From assembly GCA_039030515.1 (NCBI GenBank), contig JBCCEA010000001.1, positions 96,001 through 160,000 on the forward strand: a DNA stretch of 64,000 nucleotides. The letters are read 5' to 3'. This DNA comes from Myxococcota bacterium (GTDB taxonomy: Bacteria; Myxococcota_A; Polyangia; Polyangiales; Houyiibacteriaceae). This document shows, in pieces, positions 49,766-61,857 of the stretch; within the stretch, counting starts at the first letter, position 1; each line of letters opens with the position of its first letter. Made by a program: the position numbers and the translations under genes. The notes below the pieces were generated by a model. That model made no database searches. It saw only the letters and a list, made by a program, of their open reading frames with translations, and had not been told where the DNA came from.

Positions 49766-49857
49766 GTTCGCCAGGTATCTAAGTTCGCTAGGTATCTAAG
49801 TTCGCTAGGTATCTAAGTTCGCTAGGTATCTAAGTTCGCTAGGTATCTAAGTTCGCT
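49751..49857. repeat. 17-bp tandem repeat (6.3 copies) spanning a stop codon
   Basis: TCGCTAGGTATCTAAGT at 49751, 49768 (one T>C), 49785, 49802, 49819, 49836, partial at 49853. Confidence 0.95.
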
Positions 49858-49932
49858 TGAATATCCACTCGCGCGCGGCTCGCGGCGCCCTCAGACTGAG
49901 CAGCCGCTGTAGAGCTTCAAGCGAGGGATGAT

Positions 49933-52900
49933 TCAGGACCCCACAAACACTCGGGCATTTTCAAAGAGACGCAGCCAAGGTGATGCACTTGTCGCCTCGA
50001 CTTGCCCATCGCGAGTTACATCGAGTTGGGATTCACCCTCGGACGCACTCGAGCGCCAGGAGTTTTGAAACTCGAGGAACACCCGCTCTGGATGAGGCAT
50101 CATCACGGTGACCCTGCCGTCCGGCGTGCTCCATGCCGTGATTCCCCCCGGGCTGCCGTTTGGGTTGCAGGGGTAGCGCTCGGTGGGGCTGCCGTCGTCG
50201 TCGATATAGCGAGCGGCTATCAGACCTCGATTTTGAAAACGCATCCGGTCTGCATCGCCACCAAAGTGCACTCTGCCCTCACCATGAGCGACGGCGACCG
50301 GTAGACAGGCGTCTTCCATGCTCTGCAGCAAAACGGAGGGGCTTTTCGAGATGCGCACCATGCTTGTCCGACCTTCAAAGCGTCCCGATCGGTTGGGCTT
50401 TAGACTCGGCCAGTCCTCTGCCCCCTCGATCAGTGTCTTGAGCCCGGCGAGCATTTGGCATCCGTTGCATACCCCAAGGGTGAAGGTGGTTTTGCGCTTG
50501 AAGAACGATTCAAACGTACGCCGCGCCTCTGCGTGAAACAGGATCGATTTCGCCCAGCCGAGTCCTGCACCGAGCACATCGCCGTAAGAAAATCCGCCGC
50601 AGGCAGCGATTCCCTCGAAATCATTGAGGCTTCTTCCGCTGAGGATTTCGGTCATATGCACATCCACCGACTCAAATCCGGCCCGATCGAAGGCGGCCGC
50701 CATCTCGATATGGCCGTTGACCCCCTGCTCCCGGAGGATCGCAACCCGTGGGCGTTTGCCGCGGTGCACTGAAGGAGCCGTGATCTCGCGTTCGAAGCGG
50801 GCATCGACAAAGAGGCCACGTCGATCGAAGTCGCAACGGTAGCTTTGCTCTTCGCGGGCGCAGCGAGGTTCGTCCCGAATCGACTGAATCTGAAAAGACG
50901 TGTCGGACCAAAGTGAACGCAGTTCCTCAAGAGAAGCTGAGTACAGCGTCTGCGCCCCGCGGGCGACGACGAACTGGCGATCGGATCGGACGCGTCCCAC
51001 CCGGCAGGCCGCATGTTCGACGCCGTGTTTGTTCAGGATGACGCCAGCTGCAGCTTCATCAGCGATCTGTGCCAGGGCCCCCAGCTCCTCGCTGAAAAGT
51101 GGGGCGAGGGTCGTCTCCGCGAGCTGGTCCATCTCGATCGTGACTCCGGTAGCTCCCGCAAACGCCATTTCCAAGGCTGCAACGATCATCCCGCCATCAG
51201 AACGGTCGTGGTAGGCCAAGATGAGGCCCTGCTCCTGCAGCTCTCGAATGCACTGAAGCGTGCGACGAAGCAGGTCTGGGGAGTCGATGTCGGGTGCAGC
51301 AGCCCCAACTTCACCGAATACCTGGGCCAGCGCGCTACCTCCGAGTCGGTTTTTTTGCGCGCCCAAGTCGAACAGCCATAGCGCTGTTTCGGGAGTCTCG
51401 GTGTTGAGTTCAGGCGTCGTCACGCGGCGGATGTCGGTCACCGGCGCAAACGCTGTGACGACAAGCGAAAGTGGCGCGACCACGCTTCGGGTATGGCCCT
51501 GCTCCTGCCAAACCGTGCGCATCGACATTGAGTCTTTGCCCACCGGTATCGCGATGTGTAGTTCCGGGCACAGCTCCATTCCGATCGCCTTAACTGCGTC
51601 GTAAAGGCGCGCATTTTCTCCCGGGTGACCCGAGGCGGCCATCCAGTTGGCGCTGAGACGGATATCGGAGATCGAACGCACAGGTGCGGCCCAGAGATTG
51701 AGCAGCGCTTCGCCGACCGCCATCCGTGCAGAGGCCGGTGCGTCGACAAGGGCGATCGGTGGACGCTCCCCTATCGCCATCGCCTCGCCGTGAAGGTCGC
51801 TGAAGGATGCGGCGGTGACGGCGACATCGGCGACTGGAACCTGCATTCTGCCCACCATGGGACCGCGCACGGTGAGGCCACCCACGCTTCGGTCGCAGAT
51901 CGTCACCAGGAACGACTTATCCGCCACCGTAGGCAAAAGCAGCACGCGCCTTAGGGCTTCCGCCAAATCCAGCCGTTCCGCATCGAATGGTTTGGCGCTC
52001 GAGCGAATTCGGCGATCTTCTATACGGAGCTTGGGCGGATTTCCAAAAACCACCGACAGGGGCAAGTCGACCGGCAACTCGGACTCAGCATCGCCTTCCA
52101 GTCGCAATGTTTCGGTTCGAGTGGCGCGGCCAACCACCGCATAGGGAGCTCGCTCGCGGCGACAGATCGCATCAAAGGTGGCAAGCCCGCGTTCCGCAAT
52201 GGCCAAAACGTAGCGTTCTTGGGCTTCGTTGCACCAAAGCTCGAGAGCGTTCATCGAGAAATCAGCGTTTGGGATAGACTTCAACCGTATCTCAGCGCCT
52301 CTTCCCGCGTCGTGCACCAGCTCCGGCAGAGCGTTGGAAAGGCCTCCCGCCCCGACGTCGTGAATCGAAGCGATAGGGGACGCCTCACCGAGTGCCGCGC
52401 ATCGGTCGATCACCTCCTGGCACCGCCGCTGCATCTCTGGGTTTCCCCGCTGGACCGAGGCGAAGTCCAATTCTGCAGTCAAGCTTCCGGAGGCGACTGA
52501 CGAAGCGGATCCTCCCCCAAGCCCAATCCGCATGGCCGGGCCTCCAAGTACGACCACCAGCGTTTCGGGTTCGAAGATCGCCTTTTTTGCACAGGGTTCG
52601 CGGATGGTTCCGAGGCCCCCCGCGATCATGACCGGCTTGTGGTAGCCCCTTCGCTGAACACGTTCTTGTTCCTGCACATTCAGTTCAAACGTGCGAAAAA
52701 ATCCAGTGAGGCTGGGCCGGCCAAACTCGTTGTTGAAGTCCGCAGCGCCAAGGGGTGCGCTCAGCATGATTTCAAGTGCGCTGGCGATGCGGTCAGGAGC
52801 GCCGTAGCGGGACTCCCAGGGTCTTTGCGCGCCCGGGAGATCGAGGTTTGAAACCATAAATCCGGTGAGTCCGGCCTTCGGCTTGCCGCCCCTGCCCGTG

Positions 52901-53916
52901 GCTCCCTCGTCGCGAAGTTCACCTCCAGAGCCGGTGGCCGCGCCTGGGTAGGGGGCGACTGCAGTCGGATGATTGTGGGTCTCTACCTTCGCTATCAGGT
53001 GTTGTGGCTCCAAGCGGTGCGTATAGACGTGGGTCGCCGGGTCTGGGTAAAAGCGGCGTACTGCTGTTCCCTCCAAAACCGCTGCGTTGTCTGCATACGC
53101 GGTGAGAAGACCTTCCGGAGCGACTGCGGAAGTGTGACGTATCATCTCAAATAGGGTGTTTGGTAGTGTTTCCCCGTCTACAACAAACGCTGCATTGAAG
53201 GTCTTGTGCCGGCAGTGCTCGCTATTGGCTTGAGCGAACATCATTAGTTCGACATCGCTTGGGTCTCGGCCGATTTCGGCAAACGCGCTCTGCAGATACT
53301 CGAGCTCCTCCGGTGAGAGCGCCAGACCCATCTCTCGATCGGCGTTTCGTAGCGCATCTCGATCACAAGCGACTCGATGCAGGTCGCCATGCTGTTTTTG
53401 CACCTGACTAGAAAAAATCTGCCTCGCGTGTTCTACTGTTGGCAGTACTTCTTGGGTCATTCGGTCGTACAGGACCTTTGCGATCGTCGAGGGGGCTCTG
53501 ACCCTGCCGCGTGCCACGTAGCGCGCGAGCCGCTCGATCCGGCGTACCTTGGCAAGGCCCGCAATGTGCAGGATTTCGGTGGCTTTGGAAGACCAGGGCG
53601 AGATCGTTCCAATTCGCGGCGACACGATCCAGCATTGGTTAAAGGCCCCCTCGAACGCATCTTCGTAGCCCGAGTCGATCTGGGTCGAGCGTTCATGCTC
53701 TCGATCAGTGCGACTCAGCTGATCGTGGTCCGGTCCATAATCGAGCAGACTGGCCAGCCGGCGTGTTTCGTCCTCGGTGAGAGGCGCAACCAAGTCGACC
53801 ACGTGAATGAAGTGCCCGAAGAGGGCCACAAGATCGGGATTGTCTGCCTGCAGTGCCCGCAGTAGCGCATCCCGTCTCGATGCGGAGAATACGCTCGGGC
53901 CGTCCAAAACCAGCAT
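49933..53916 (-). CDS. purL: Phosphoribosylformylglycinamidine synthase, large single-chain form
   Basis: [60 protein letters not shown]; 1327 aa. Confidence 0.96.
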   Translation of the reverse strand: MLVLDGPSVFSASRRDALLRALQADNPDLVALFGHFIHVVDLVAPLTEDETRRLASLLDYGPDHDQLSRTDREHERSTQIDSGYEDAFEGAFNQCWIVSPRIGTISPWSSKATEILHIAGLAKVRRIERLARYVARGRVRAPSTIAKVLYDRMTQEVLPTVEHARQIFSSQVQKQHGDLHRVACDRDALRNADREMGLALSPEELEYLQSAFAEIGRDPSDVELMMFAQANSEHCRHKTFNAAFVVDGETLPNTLFEMIRHTSAVAPEGLLTAYADNAAVLEGTAVRRFYPDPATHVYTHRLEPQHLIAKVETHNHPTAVAPYPGAATGSGGELRDEGATGRGGKPKAGLTGFMVSNLDLPGAQRPWESRYGAPDRIASALEIMLSAPLGAADFNNEFGRPSLTGFFRTFELNVQEQERVQRRGYHKPVMIAGGLGTIREPCAKKAIFEPETLVVVLGGPAMRIGLGGGSASSVASGSLTAELDFASVQRGNPEMQRRCQEVIDRCAALGEASPIASIHDVGAGGLSNALPELVHDAGRGAEIRLKSIPNADFSMNALELWCNEAQERYVLAIAERGLATFDAICRRERAPYAVVGRATRTETLRLEGDAESELPVDLPLSVVFGNPPKLRIEDRRIRSSAKPFDAERLDLAEALRRVLLLPTVADKSFLVTICDRSVGGLTVRGPMVGRMQVPVADVAVTAASFSDLHGEAMAIGERPPIALVDAPASARMAVGEALLNLWAAPVRSISDIRLSANWMAASGHPGENARLYDAVKAIGMELCPELHIAIPVGKDSMSMRTVWQEQGHTRSVVAPLSLVVTAFAPVTDIRRVTTPELNTETPETALWLFDLGAQKNRLGGSALAQVFGEVGAAAPDIDSPDLLRRTLQCIRELQEQGLILAYHDRSDGGMIVAALEMAFAGATGVTIEMDQLAETTLAPLFSEELGALAQIADEAAAGVILNKHGVEHAACRVGRVRSDRQFVVARGAQTLYSASLEELRSLWSDTSFQIQSIRDEPRCAREEQSYRCDFDRRGLFVDARFEREITAPSVHRGKRPRVAILREQGVNGHIEMAAAFDRAGFESVDVHMTEILSGRSLNDFEGIAACGGFSYGDVLGAGLGWAKSILFHAEARRTFESFFKRKTTFTLGVCNGCQMLAGLKTLIEGAEDWPSLKPNRSGRFEGRTSMVRISKSPSVLLQSMEDACLPVAVAHGEGRVHFGGDADRMRFQNRGLIAARYIDDDGSPTERYPCNPNGSPGGITAWSTPDGRVTVMMPHPERVFLEFQNSWRSSASEGESQLDVTRDGQVEATSASPWLRLFENARVFVGS

Positions 53917-54016
53917 GGCCCGAGGATGTCGCGTTGAAGATCGCCGGGAAAGTCGATTTTGACCGAGTTGTTTCCGACACTCCTCGAGCGTTGAAATCTA
54001 TGCTACGCCAAGCTCC

Positions 54017-55384
54017 ATGCCGCCTGTCCGTATTTCTCTATTCTTGCGCACCGAGAAACTGAACTCTTTAGCCGTTTCTATCGCTATCTCGCTTTGCTTG
54101 ATTGCCCTCCAGGGTTGTGGCGATGACGCATCCGGCGCGTCTGATTCAAACTACGACGCATCGGCGGAGACCCAGAGCGGGTTTCCTAGCGAGGTCGCGG
54201 CTATCCTGGCGGAGCAGTGCGTGAATTGTCACGGCTCAGAGCCTCGATTTGGCGCGCCGATGTCTTTGGTGACCTGGAACGACTTTCACGCGCCCAGCAT
54301 ATCCAAACCAAATCGAAAAACCTTCGAAGTGGTGATGGATCGCCTCCGTTCTCCAGTCAGCCCGATGCCGCCCCCGCCTGCGGTGCTCGAAGAGAGCGAG
54401 CTTGCAACCCTTGAAACTTGGATACAGGAGGGTGCCCCGGCGGGCAGCGCTCTACCCGGCCCTGCCTACCGAGGTTCGGGGCTACAAGACCTGAGCTGTG
54501 AGGTGACCAGTATGCTCACGGCACACGCGCAAGACATGGAGACTGAGCCGTTCCATGTGCCGGTCGACGCGGGCAATCGTTATGTATGTTTTGCTTTCTC
54601 GCCAGACGACGTGGACGGCGAAGTGCTTCGCGGGGTTGCCCCGATCATCGATGACGACCGCGTTCTGCATCACATGTTTCTGCGTTTACAGCCGGTCCCA
54701 GACCGTCAGCCAGGTGACGTCTGGAATTGTAACGGAATCGATGGGTTGCTCACCGGGGATATCCTTTACGGATGGGCACCTGGAAGCGGCAACGTAGAGT
54801 ATCCGGGGGAGCTGGTGATGCCGCTTACGGATCCGTCCGGCGAAGATCTACTCGTTCTCGAAGTACACTACTGGAACGTCGCCCGGTATGAAGATGCGTT
54901 CGATGCTTCAGGAATGGCTCTGTGCACCGGCCCGAAGGAGTCGAGTCAGCAGATCATCGAAACCGTAACGCTGGGTCATATTGCGATCGATCTGCCTCCC
55001 CGCTCAACGACCACCGTCACCAACAATTGCGTTCCGTACCTGGCGCAGGATAAGTCGGTTCAGATCCTAAGCACCACGCCGCATATGCATGAACTCGGTA
55101 GCTCGATATCCACCGTGATTCATCGTGCGTCGGGTGAAGTGGAAACGCTTGTCTCGATCGATCGATGGGACTTCAACTCCCAGGCGCAGTACCCGGTTCG
55201 GATCGATCCCATCCGCACGGGAGACTCATTGCGTACGACATGCACGTTTTCCAATACCACCGACCGCACGGTGACCTTTGGTGAAAAAACGGAAGACGAA
55301 ATGTGCTTCAACTTCCTCAGTGTAACACCGGTCGATCTACTCGCGGCAGGGTTGTTCCGCGGCGCCGGGATTTGCATCCAGTAA
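54017..55384 (+). CDS. Lipoprotein: cytochrome c domain + copper type II (PHM/DBM-like) monooxygenase domains
   Basis: LIALQGC lipobox-like; CVNCH heme motif and SPMPP; LHHM, EVHYWN, PHMH, DEMC copper-ligand motifs. Confidence 0.8.
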   Translation: MPPVRISLFLRTEKLNSLAVSIAISLCLIALQGCGDDASGASDSNYDASAETQSGFPSEVAAILAEQCVNCHGSEPRFGAPMSLVTWNDFHAPSISKPNRKTFEVVMDRLRSPVSPMPPPPAVLEESELATLETWIQEGAPAGSALPGPAYRGSGLQDLSCEVTSMLTAHAQDMETEPFHVPVDAGNRYVCFAFSPDDVDGEVLRGVAPIIDDDRVLHHMFLRLQPVPDRQPGDVWNCNGIDGLLTGDILYGWAPGSGNVEYPGELVMPLTDPSGEDLLVLEVHYWNVARYEDAFDASGMALCTGPKESSQQIIETVTLGHIAIDLPPRSTTTVTNNCVPYLAQDKSVQILSTTPHMHELGSSISTVIHRASGEVETLVSIDRWDFNSQAQYPVRIDPIRTGDSLRTTCTFSNTTDRTVTFGEKTEDEMCFNFLSVTPVDLLAAGLFRGAGICIQ

Positions 55385-55468
55385 GCAATGTGTCCAGTAA
55401 ATGCCGTATCCAGCAGCCACCGGCACGTAGCCCGCGCCGGTGGCTGCGTCACTCGAAGCGCGCCCAGT

Positions 55469-56563
55469 TCAGAGTGCCGGTATAGACCGGAGCAAACGTG
55501 CGCCGACGATCCACCCCAGGCTTGAGGAAAGCTCAGTTCCGGGCGTTGAAGCAAAGTCGAACGTGCGTCTCAAAAGCGAACCAAAGCGGACCTCGACTGC
55601 CAAGTCAAAAGGCAGCGGATAGCGATACCCCGCACTCAGCTCGATCGCGTTTCGATAGAGGGCGCTCTGTGACTCTTCGAGATATGCGCGACTGCGCTGC
55701 CAATAAAGGCCTCCAAATACTTCGCCGCGCTTTCCGAGCAGCACCTGCATCTCGGTGGTTTGAGGCAGTCGAATATGTACGCGTAGAGTGGGCGCGGGGC
55801 GCCAGTCCAGTCCTAGCGCCGGAAGTGGAAGATAGCCTCGAGGTAAAGGTAGGACGACGACTCCGAATCGGCCGGAGACATCCGCATGGAGTCTGGCGGC
55901 GGCTCCCACGTATCCCACAAACAATAGAGCACGGCGGTCGTACTGCTTCATGGTTCCCGAATAGGCGAATAGCGGAGTCCCTTTGAGCGACCAACGCTGG
56001 GTAAGCCTAAGCGAAAGCGGCAATCCAAAACTGATTCGGTGCAGATCGAGGCGTCGATCGACAAGGGGTACCCCGTCGAAGCGCTCGAACTGATAGCCAA
56101 AAACGGCGGTGACTGCGTGCGTCGGGCCGGCGACCACAGGTAGACCGATACCCAGTTGCGTTCGGTGACGGGTGATCCTTCGATTTCTCGATCTCTCCGG
56201 GTCGGCGGAATTGTTCTTATCGATCCTGCCCTGACTCCAGTCGTAACTCGCGATCGTGCTGCGTCGGTGCATGGGATTTCGAGGCGTCTCACGGGCGCCA
56301 GTCGCGGTGATCTGATTTGAGAGACTCGGCGCGTCTCGATGTTCAGCGCTGGACGTGATGGTGTCGCTGAGGGAGGGGCGCTTGCTATTGATTTCGTCGA
56401 CAGACCGGTTTGAATCCTCCTCCGAAAGAGCAGCGGTGTCGGCGCATGCGACCGAGCAATTCGCGAGAGTTGTCAGCGCTGCTGTGAGGTTCAGTAAGGC
56501 GATCTGTATCGTTGAGAAGCGCGTGCGATGAGGGGAAGCGCGCGACGAATTAGGGTCCTGCAC
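55469..56563 (-). CDS. Putative outer-membrane beta-barrel protein (DUF6268-like)
   Basis: Signal-like N-terminus; alternating beta-strand pattern; GYLPLPALGLDWRP motif. Confidence 0.55.
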   Translation of the reverse strand: MQDPNSSRASPHRTRFSTIQIALLNLTAALTTLANCSVACADTAALSEEDSNRSVDEINSKRPSLSDTITSSAEHRDAPSLSNQITATGARETPRNPMHRRSTIASYDWSQGRIDKNNSADPERSRNRRITRHRTQLGIGLPVVAGPTHAVTAVFGYQFERFDGVPLVDRRLDLHRISFGLPLSLRLTQRWSLKGTPLFAYSGTMKQYDRRALLFVGYVGAAARLHADVSGRFGVVVLPLPRGYLPLPALGLDWRPAPTLRVHIRLPQTTEMQVLLGKRGEVFGGLYWQRSRAYLEESQSALYRNAIELSAGYRYPLPFDLAVEVRFGSLLRRTFDFASTPGTELSSSLGWIVGARLLRSIPAL

Positions 56564-56689
56564 AGGCTGCAGCTTAGGACGATCCTTGACGGCACACCCT
56601 GAAACTGAAGCGTATTCTTCCGGCGCTTGTCGAACGGGTGGTCTTTTGAACCCCCTTCGGATAAACCGCTCTCAAAAGCGGAGTAAGCG

Positions 56690-58129
56690 ATGAAGACGAT
56701 TGAAACAGAGGTGGCGATCATCGGGGCCGGAACGTCTGGGCTTAATGCACGACGGGAGGTTGAGAAGTCGGGGAAACGCTGGTTGCTTATCGAGTCGGGT
56801 CCCTACGGGACGACGTGCGCTCGGGTTGGGTGCATGCCCTCCAAGCTCCTGATCGCGGCTGCGGATGCGGCGCACGGCATCCATCAAGCAGCGCGTTTCG
56901 GCATCAAGGTGGATCCCGCGGCGGTCGAAATCGACGGTTCGGCGGTACTCGAGCGGGTTCGACGCGAACGGGATCGATTTGTCGGCTTTGTGGTCCAGTC
57001 CACCGAAGATCTCGATCCGCAGTTTCGGATTCGAGGTCGCGCTCGGTTTGCCGGTCCGACCACACTTCACATCGACGATCACACCGAGGTCAGGGCGAGC
57101 TCGGTCGTCATCGCGACGGGGTCGAGTCCGTGGATTCCTCCACAGCTCGAGCCGATTCGAGATCAGCTGCTCGTCAATGACGACGTATTCGAGTGGACTA
57201 AGCTGCCGAGCTCGATCGCGGTTTTCGGGACAGGGATCATCGGTCTCGAACTCGGACAGGCACTCATGCGCCTCGGGGTGCGCACGACCTTCTTCAATCC
57301 GTACGAGACCCTCGGTCCGTTTTCCGATCCCAAAGTCGCCGAGGCTGCACGCCGGACTTTGGGAGAGGATTTAGACTTACAGCTCGGCACCGAACCGATC
57401 GAGGTGAAGCGAGATGGCGATGAGTTCTCGCTCAGGTACCGCCGGAAAGACGGCACAGAAGAGCAAGCTCGATTTGAGCAGATCCTGGTAGCGGCGGGGC
57501 GGCGTCCCAACCTTGCCGGATTGGGGCTTGAAACCACCGGTCTCGCACTCGATAAGAAGGGTCAGCCACAATGGAATCCCTACACCACGCAGTGTGGAGA
57601 TAGGCCTATTTTCCTGGCGGGAGACGTGAGTGGTCATCGCCCACTGCTCCATGAGGCCGGTGATGAAGGACGCATCGCCGGATCGAATGCGGTTCGGTAT
57701 CCTAACGTGGTCGCCCACACCCGGCGCACACCGCTTGCGATCGCGTTTACCGAGCCCCAAATGGCGATGGTGGGCAAAAGCTATCGCGAGCTCGACCCAA
57801 GTTCGATAGCGATCGGTGAAGTCTCCTATGAAGACCAGGGCCGAGCTCGGGTTATGGGCCAGAATCGTGGTTTCGCGCGGATTTATGCGGATCCAGTCAA
57901 TTGCGTGTTGCTCGGTGCAGAAATGTTTGGCCCCAGAGTGGAGCATACCTCACACCTTCTTGCATGGGCGGTTCAACAGCGACTGCGAGTGCACGATGCG
58001 CTTTCGATGCCCTTTTACCACCCGGTGATCGAAGAGGGCATTCGCACTCTGCTTCGTAGTCTGGCCGAGAGTCTTCAGATTCGAGGAGGGTGCCCGCCCG
58101 AACATGAAGCGGAGTCGGCCGGAATGTGA
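56690..58129 (+). CDS. Dihydrolipoamide dehydrogenase-family flavoprotein disulfide reductase
   Basis: IGAGTSG, GTTCARVGCMPSK, ATGS, GIIGLE, AGD, PFYHPVIEE. Confidence 0.88.
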   Translation: MKTIETEVAIIGAGTSGLNARREVEKSGKRWLLIESGPYGTTCARVGCMPSKLLIAAADAAHGIHQAARFGIKVDPAAVEIDGSAVLERVRRERDRFVGFVVQSTEDLDPQFRIRGRARFAGPTTLHIDDHTEVRASSVVIATGSSPWIPPQLEPIRDQLLVNDDVFEWTKLPSSIAVFGTGIIGLELGQALMRLGVRTTFFNPYETLGPFSDPKVAEAARRTLGEDLDLQLGTEPIEVKRDGDEFSLRYRRKDGTEEQARFEQILVAAGRRPNLAGLGLETTGLALDKKGQPQWNPYTTQCGDRPIFLAGDVSGHRPLLHEAGDEGRIAGSNAVRYPNVVAHTRRTPLAIAFTEPQMAMVGKSYRELDPSSIAIGEVSYEDQGRARVMGQNRGFARIYADPVNCVLLGAEMFGPRVEHTSHLLAWAVQQRLRVHDALSMPFYHPVIEEGIRTLLRSLAESLQIRGGCPPEHEAESAGM

Positions 58130-58270
58130 TTTGACTTGCACTGCGCAAACCAGGCATCGCTGGTCGATGGCAGACCCGAGGCCGACAACGCGTTCGGCAG
58201 GTTTGGCTGCTTCGGACGCTCCGACACTGCTTTTCGAGTGCTCGACCGAGCAAGATGCTAGGTTTCGCCG

Positions 58271-59149
58271 ATGAGCAGTGTTTTGATTACCGGCGGAAAC
58301 TCCGGCATCGGTAAGGCGACCGCGCTGGCCTTGGCGCAAAAGGGCTGGAACGTGATCCTCACGGCGCGCGATCGTCAGCGCGGGGAGGCAGCGGCTCGTG
58401 ACATCGGCGACGCCACCGGACGGCAGGTCGAGGTGGTCGACCTCGATCTAAGCTCCCTGCAGTCGGTGAAGCAATGTGCAGAAGCGGTGCAGCGGATGCA
58501 GCCTGCCCTCGACGTTTTGGTGAACAACGCCGGACTGGTGCTCGGTGAGCGGCGCGTGAGCGTCGACGGGATGGAGATGACCTTCGCGGTGAATCACGTC
58601 GGCCACTTTTTTCTCACCCATCTCTTGCTCGACTCCCTGCGGCAGGCCGCGGCGGAGCGGGGCGAAGCTCGCATCGTCAATGTTTCATCGGATGCACATC
58701 GCAGGGTGTCTTCGCTTTCTTTTGATGATCTGATGGCCGAGCGGCACTACGACGGTTTCGAAGTCTATTCCCGCTCCAAGCTCGCAAATGTGCTTTTCTC
58801 CAGTGAGCTCGCCCGGCGCTTGGCAGGTACTTCGATCACCTCAAATGCACTGCATCCCGGCGTTGTGGCGACTCGCTTTGCCCAAGATGGAGACTCCAAA
58901 GGGCTCATCGCACTCTTCTTTCACCTTTTTGCACCACTGCTGCGCTCCTCAAAAAAAGGGGCTGAATCGAGCATCTTCTTATCTGCAGATCCCTCCGTTC
59001 GCGGGACGAGCGGAGGCTACTTTTTCAACAGCAAGAAAAAGCGACCCTCCAAGGCCGCGCGAGAAGGGGAGGCGGCACGCCGACTCTGGGAACAAACCGA
59101 GCAGCTGATCTTTGCGCGACTTGGTGCAGACTCCATGCAGCGGCTGTAG
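58271..59149 (+). CDS. Short-chain dehydrogenase/reductase (retinol DH/WWOX-like)
   Basis: TGGNSGIG, NNAG, VNVSS, YSRSK, LHPG. Confidence 0.92.
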   Translation: MSSVLITGGNSGIGKATALALAQKGWNVILTARDRQRGEAAARDIGDATGRQVEVVDLDLSSLQSVKQCAEAVQRMQPALDVLVNNAGLVLGERRVSVDGMEMTFAVNHVGHFFLTHLLLDSLRQAAAERGEARIVNVSSDAHRRVSSLSFDDLMAERHYDGFEVYSRSKLANVLFSSELARRLAGTSITSNALHPGVVATRFAQDGDSKGLIALFFHLFAPLLRSSKKGAESSIFLSADPSVRGTSGGYFFNSKKKRPSKAAREGEAARRLWEQTEQLIFARLGADSMQRL

Positions 59150-59157
59150 GTACACGC

Positions 59158-59198
59158 CGCAGTTTTGAATCGCTGTTCTCGCAGTTTTGAATCGCTGT
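59158..59198. repeat. 19-bp direct repeat with 22-bp period
   Basis: CGCAGTTTTGAATCGCTGT at 59158-59176 and 59180-59198. Confidence 0.85.
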
Positions 59199-59282
59199 GC
59201 CCCTAGCGAAATCGCGTCACGCCCCAGAAAAAAGCCGAAACGTTGCCGTCGATCTCGTCGCCAGCAAAAATCGCACAGGCGC

Positions 59283-59311
59283 TTGACACAGATTCCCGGG
59301 AGGCTAACTAT
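59283..59311 (+). promoter_or_regulatory. Probable tRNA promoter
   Basis: Consensus TTGACA at 59283-59288; weak -10 (TAACTAT) about 11 nt before the tRNA. Confidence 0.5.
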
Positions 59312-59321
59312 TCGCCCCCAT

Positions 59322-59438
<117 letters not shown>

Positions 59439-59627
59439 GGACCCTCGTCGGCATCGCCGGCGGGGGTCTTGTCGGTTCTGCCCTGCTGGCACGGGTTTGC
59501 GGGTGGTGCTCCCTCGCCGGGTGTGCTCTCTGCTCCGGCGGCGCCAGAGTACCTCGCCTCGTCGCTCGACCCCGAAGGGTGCTCTCGGAGTGCTCTGGGG
59601 CCTCAGAGACGCCTCCAGACGCCGAAG

Positions 59628-59662
<35 letters not shown>

Positions 59663-59771
59663 GTGAGAGTGGGACAGCCGGCGCCCGGAATTCTGCTCCG
59701 TCTCGACACCCAGACCACGGTCGACGACAACAGAACCAGGCCGATGATGGAGCGGTCGTAGACGCGAGGAC

Positions 59772-60224
59772 ATGGTGAGCCACACAGACCAACTCGAGCT
59801 TCGAATCGACGTCGGGCCAATGCCGGCGGTGTGGTGCACCGACCCGGCGGCGCTCAGCCTCGGGCTGCAGTCCGGGCGCGACGACATCGTCCATGGAACT
59901 GCGCTCGAACACGGCATGCGCTTCGAGGTCTCTGTCAGCGTCAAGCAAGGTCGTGCCGGCGACCCCGACTTCACCGGTCCCCTCGTTCATGGGCGCCCCG
60001 GCGAGCGCTTCCTCTACCTCTCGTGGGGACACGTCACGGCCGACACCGAGCACGACATGTTCCGGCGACTCAAGCTCTACCTCAGCCCGGTGTCCCGCAA
60101 GGACTGGTCGTCGCCCGGCGTCACGTGGGCGCAGGTCAAGCGCGGCTCGATCGCAGCTTCCGTCAGCGGCTCGGGGCCCGACGGGACGCCCCACTGCGGT
60201 ACGGCAGAGGTGCGCTGGACGTAG
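59772..60224 (+). CDS. DUF5990-like protein
   Basis: GLQSG, DFTGPLVHGRPGERFLYLSWG, MFRRLKL; GAGGA RBS. Confidence 0.7.
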   Translation: MVSHTDQLELRIDVGPMPAVWCTDPAALSLGLQSGRDDIVHGTALEHGMRFEVSVSVKQGRAGDPDFTGPLVHGRPGERFLYLSWGHVTADTEHDMFRRLKLYLSPVSRKDWSSPGVTWAQVKRGSIAASVSGSGPDGTPHCGTAEVRWT

Positions 60225-60250
60225 CCCCTGCGCTCGTTCCGCTTCTTGCC

Positions 60251-60282
60251 TTGACTCTGTAGTGTACTACAGGGTTTAGACT
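60251..60282 (+). promoter_or_regulatory. MerR-family (ZntR/CadR/MerR-type) operator-promoter
   Basis: TTGACT-N20-TAGACT; dyad ACTCTGTAGT-gt-ACTACAGGGT in the overlong spacer, similar to E. coli PzntA. Confidence 0.9.
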
Positions 60283-60303
60283 TGGGCTGAGGAGGTCGGA
60301 ACG

Positions 60304-61835
<1,532 letters not shown>

Positions 61836-61857
61836 CCCTGCGGCGTCGAAGGGTGTC

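Noticed and set aside
49751..49857. Possible CRISPR array
   Set aside because: Head-to-tail 17-bp units with no unique spacers and no cas genes in the window
56690..58129. Mercuric reductase MerA for the nearby mer-like genes
   Set aside because: Lacks the C-terminal Cys-Cys pair and NmerA domain, has the HPxxxE Lpd motif, and lies outside the island
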